In this document: positions 59,551-64,000 of the stretch, one piece after another | How positions within the stretch are numbered: the first letter of the stretch is position 1 | Layout: each line of letters opens with the position of its first letter | From: Mustelus asterias | Taxonomy: Eukaryota | Assembly (NCBI RefSeq): GCF_964213995.1 | Contig: NC_135830.1 | Coordinates: 13,144,001 to 13,208,000, forward strand | Direction of reading: 5' to 3' | DNA length: 64,000 bases | Position numbers and translations under genes: made by a program | Notes under the pieces: generated by a model | What the model was told of the DNA's origin: nothing | Databases searched by the model: none | The model's input: the letters and a program-made list of their open reading frames with translations, nothing else

Positions 59551-62484
59551 CTCCTCCCTCTGGGGGAGGATGACCTCACTGGGCCTGGAGGTCTGGAGTG
59601 CTTATACTTAAATGCAAGGAGCGTAGCAGGTAAGACAGATGAACTTAGGGCCTTAATGCTCATGATGAATTTGGATGTGGTTGCGGTGACAGAGACTTGG
59701 TTGAAAGAGGTACAGGACTGACAGCTGAATATTCCGGGGTACAAGTGTTTTAGGCGAGACAGAGGAGGGACCAAAAGAGGTGGGGGAGTAGCAGTATTAG
59801 TTGGAGAGCATATTACAGCGGTGCAGAGGGAGGACAATTCAGAGGGGTCGTGTAACGAGTCACTCTGGGTGGAGCTTAGAAACAGGAAGGGCGCAGTCAC
59901 TATGTTGGGGGTGTACTACAGCACCACCCCCCCCCGCCCCCCCCGCCAACAGCCCAAGGGAAGTGGAAGAACGGATATGTCAGGAAATACTGGATAGGTG
60001 CAGGAAAAATAGGGTTGTTGTAGTGGGAGACTTCAATTTCCCTGGTATAGACTGGAAATCGCTGAGATCAGGGACTCTGAATGAGGAGGAATTTGTAAAA
60101 TGCGTACAGGAGGGTTCTTTGGAACAATATGTAGATAGCCCGACTAGAGAGGGGGCTATACTAGACCTCGTACTGGGGAATGAGCCCGGTCAGGTCTTCA
60201 AAGTTTCGGTAGGGGAACATGTGGCAAATAGTGACCACAATTCTGTTAGCTTTAGGATAGTGATGGAAAAGGATGAGTGGTGTCCCAAGGGTCAGGTGTT
60301 GGATTGGGGGAAGGCTAACTTTAGTGGGATTAGGCAGAAATTGGCAGCTCTTGATTGGGAGAGGCTGTTTGAGGGTAAATCCACATCTGGCATGTGGGAG
60401 TCTTTTAAGGAACAGTTGTTAGGGCTACAGGACAGGCATGTGCCTGTTAAAAAGAAGAATAGGAAGGGTAGGATTCGAGAACCGTGGATAACCAGGGAAA
60501 TTGAGGGACTGGTCAAAAAGAAAAGAGAGGCGTATGGTAGGTCCAGGCAGCTAAAAACGGAGGGAGCTCTGGAGGAGTACAAAGAAAGTAGGAAAGAACT
60601 CAAACGGGGAATTAGAAGAGCAAAAAGGGGTCACGAAATGTTCTTGGCAGACAGGATTAAGGAGAATCCCAAGGCATTTTATTCATACGTTAGGAACAAA
60701 AGGGTTGTCAGGGAAAAAATCGGACCTCTCAGGGACAAAAGTGGGGAATTATGCTTGGAGCCCAAAGAAGTAGGGGAGATCCTAAATGAATACTTTGCGT
60801 CGGTATTCACAAAGGAGAGGGATGTGTTGACTGGGAATGTCTCGGAGGGGAGTGTTGAACCGTTGGAGAAAATCTCCATTACAAAGGAGGAAGTGTTAGG
60901 TTTGTTAGAGAATATAAAGACTGACAAATCCCCAGGGCCTGATGGAATCTATCCAAGGCTGCTCAGGGAGACGAGAGATGAAATCGCTGGGCCTCTGACG
61001 CAAATTTTTGTCTCGTCACTGGACGCAGGTGAGGTCCCAGAGGATTGGAGGATAGCTAATGTGGTTCCGTTATTTAAGAAGGGTAGGACAGATAACCCGG
61101 GTAATTATAGGCCGGTGAGCTTGACGTCCGTGGTGGGGAAGTTGTTGGAGAAGATTCTTAGAGATAGGATGTATGCGCATTTAGAAAGGAATAAACTCAT
61201 TAACGATAGTCAGCATGGTTTTGTGAGAGGGAGGTCATGCCTCCCTAACCTGGTGGAGTTTTTTGAAGAAGTGACCAAAATGGTTGACGAAGGAAGGGCC
61301 ATGGATGTCGTCTATATGGACTTTAGTAAAGCGTTTGACAAAGTCCCTCATGGTAGGCTGGTGCAAAAGGTTGGATCTCATGGGATAAAGGGGGAGGTGG
61401 CTAGATGGGTGGAGAACTGGCTTGGTCACAGAAGACAGAGAGTGGTAGTGGAAGGGTCTTTTTCCGGCTGGAGGCCTGTGACTAGTGGTGTTCCGCAGGG
61501 CTCTGTATTGGGACCTCTGCTGTTTGTGATTTATATAAATGATCTGGAAGAAGGTGTAACTGGGGTGATCAGTAAGTTTGCGGACGACACAAAATTGGCA
61601 GGACTTGCAGATAGTGAGGAGCATTGTCAGAAGCTACAGAAGGATATAGATAGGCTGGAAATTTGGGCAAAGAAATGGCAGATGGAGTTCGATCCTGATG
61701 AATGCGAAGTGATGCATTTTGGTAGAAATAATGTCGGGAGGAGCTATATGATAAATGGCAGAACCATAAAGGGTGTAGATACGCAGAGGGACATGGGTGT
61801 GCAAGTCCACAGATCCTTGAAGGTGACGTCACAGGTGGAGAAGGCGGTGAAGAAGGCATATGGCATGCTTGCCTTTATAGGGCGGGGCATAGAGTATAAA
61901 AGTTGGGGTCTGATGTTGCAGATGTATAGAACGTTGGTTCAGCCGCATCTGGAATACTGCGTCCAGTTCTGGTCGCCACACTACCAGAAGGACGTGGAGG
62001 CTTTGGAGAGAGTACAGAGGAGGTTTACCAGGATGTTACCTGGTATGGAGGGGCTTAGTTATGAGGAGAGATTGGCTAAACTGGGGTTGTTCTCCCTGGA
62101 AAGACGGAGGATGAGGGGAGACTTAATAGAGGTGTATAAAATTATGAAAGGCATAGATAGGGTGAACGGTGGGAAGCTTTTCCCCAGGTCGGTGTTGACG
62201 TTCACGAGGGGTCATAGGTTCAAGGTGAAGGGAGGGAGGTTTAACGCAGATATCAGACGGACATATTTTACACAGAGGGTGGTGGGGGCCTGGAATGCGC
62301 TGCCAGGCAAGGTGGTGGAGGCGGACACACTGGGAACGTTTAAGACTTATCTAGACAGCCATATGAACGGAGTGGGAATGGAGGGATACAAAAGAATGGT
62401 CTAGTTTGGACCAGGGAGCGGCGCGGGCTTGGAGGGTCGAAGGGCCTGTTCCTGTGCTGTATTGTTCTTTGTTCTTTGTTCTTT
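59551..62484 (+). mobile_element. young CR1 LINE (family A) with nearly intact ORF2 (APE endonuclease + reverse transcriptase)
   Basis: YLNARSV...VAVTETW, TGA at 59719-59721, frameshift in the poly-C tract ~59925-59946, then an open frame to 62404 with [34 protein letters not shown]; (TTTGTTC)n tail. Confidence 0.96.
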
Positions 62485-63084
62485 ATAACTGATCAAAAGG
62501 AATCGAGTCACCGGGGAATACAGATCACAATTATGAGATTGACCATAGCGAACTACATTTAACCAAAGTGAACTACATTTAAATAGACGAGATTGAAGAA
62601 TTATCTGCTATTGACACTTGTGTCTTTTTTATTATGGGCGTGAAATATTCAGGCGCATAAATTCCAGCCATTTAAATGAAAGTCCAGTAGATCCGCACTA
62701 AATCTCGATTTCCTCATCTATCTGAGTGTTTTTTTTCCCTATTTCTTTGTTTTGAAGAACGATTAAAGAAAAAGATTCTTCTGGGAAATGTGCGCCATTT
62801 CCGATAGTTCACTTGTGTTAGTCCCCTAGAGCACATACTACAATTCGAACAGTTCCAGATGGTGAATAGCTGCGTTCATCTGCACCCACAAACTCATTAA
62901 ATTCTGTTGTTGATTGAACGTGATGCGAATATGTGCACAGTGTCGCAATCGAAATGTTTCTTTCCTGTCATTTCGTCACAAAGCTATCAACATTCTTATT
63001 TTACAGAAAGCATTTGAGGCCGAGGTCAGAGCAAAGATCATATGGCTGCAATATCAAGATTCGGATAACGTTCAGCAACGAAAG

Positions 63085-63853
63085 TCTAATACAGATAGGA
63101 AATATACAGTAAATGGCAGCACCCTTAAGAGTATTGATAGACAAAGGGATCTGGGTGTACAAGTACACAGGTCACTGAAAGTGGCAATGCAGGTGGAGAA
63201 GGTAGTCAAGAAGGCATACGGCATGGTTGCCTTCATCGGCCGGGGCATTGAGTTTAAAAATTGGCAAGTCATGTTGCAGCTTTATAGAACCTTATTTGGG
63301 CCGCACTTGGAATATCGTGTTGAATTCTGGTTACCACACAACCAGAAGGATGTGGAGCTTTGGAGAGGGTACATAAAAGATTTGCCAGGATGTTGCGTGG
63401 TATGGAGAGGATTAGCTACGAAGTGAGATTGCAGAAACTTGGTTTGTTCTCACGAGAGCGACGGAGGTTGAGGGGCGCCCTGATAGAAGTCTACAAGATT
63501 ATGAGAGGCATGGACAGAGTGGATAGTCAGAAGCTTTTTCCTCGGGTGGAAGAGTCAATTACTGGGGGACATAGGTTTACAATGCGAGGGGCAAGGTTTA
63601 AAGGAGATGTACAAGGCAGACTTTTTAAACAGGGATTAGTGGGTGCCTGGGACTTGTTGCCAGGGGAGGTAGTACAAGCGAATACGGTAGTGACTTTTAA
63701 GGGGCGCCTTGACAAGTACATGAATAGGAATGGGAATAGAGGGATATGGTCCCCGGAAAGGTCGGGGGTTTTGGTTAATTCGGGCAGCATGGTCGGTACA
63801 GACATGGAGGGCCGAAGGGCCTGTTCCTGTGCTGTAATGTTCTTTGTTCTTTG
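63085..63853 (+). mobile_element. CR1 3' fragment (related subfamily)
   Basis: QRDLGVQVHRSLKV...LRGALIEVYKIMRG...; TGTTCTT tail. Confidence 0.9.
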
Positions 63854-63903
63854 TACTGAAATCATACAGATTTTCCTCAATCTAAATTAGGAAGCTCAAT
63901 AAA

Positions 63904-63938
63904 TGTTTCTGCCAGGTTTTGAACCTGGAACCTTTCGC
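63904..63938 (-). pseudogene. 3' half of tRNA-Val (5' half deleted)
   Basis: GCGAAAGGTTCCAGGTTCAAAACCTGGCAGAAACA at the equivalent position in array unit 3. Confidence 0.75.
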
Positions 63939-64000
63939 CTCTCTGCAATGTTCAACTGCGCTGTATTGCTGCAGTTTCAAATGATTAGACTGAGAGCCCA

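Larger units (their letters stand above)
56630..64000. repeat. tandem array of ~1.27-kb units, each carrying a tRNA-Val pseudogene
   Basis: three colinear units (~56630-58040, ~58045-59300, ~59303-end); unit 3 is interrupted by two CR1 insertions and unit 1 by a SINE. Confidence 0.88.

Overview
Eukaryotic, repeat-rich genomic DNA with one 161-N scaffold gap at 763-923, almost certainly from a cartilaginous fish (shark-like). The assignment rests on the HE1-type tRNA SINEs, the CR1/HER1-type LINEs and the immunoglobulin sequence; the species cannot be fixed from sequence alone. The main feature is an intact, unrearranged, minus-strand IgM-type heavy-chain minilocus: leader (9040-9085), VH (8615-8919), D1 (8165-8178), D2 (7787-7798) and JH (7345-7392). 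Its six RAG recombination signals have the spacer pattern V23 / 12-D1-22 / 12-D2-12 / 23-J. I found no constant exon in the window; the J-C intron runs leftward and contains octamers and a five-copy conserved motif. The upstream region (~9.6-22.3 kb) is duplicated in tandem (~23.4-40.1 kb), and the second copy carries a truncated, RSS-less VH pseudogene (22506-22750). Two non-repeat blocks are better conserved between the duplicates than their flanks and carry B-cell factor motifs, making them candidate upstream enhancers. The remainder is CR1, L2-like, RTE and Rex1 LINEs, SINEs, a solo LTR, Penelope-like hairpins with hammerhead-like cores, minisatellites, and a decayed ~1.27-kb tandem array of tRNA-Val pseudogenes at the right end. 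Repeat boundaries are approximate and all identities were judged by eye.
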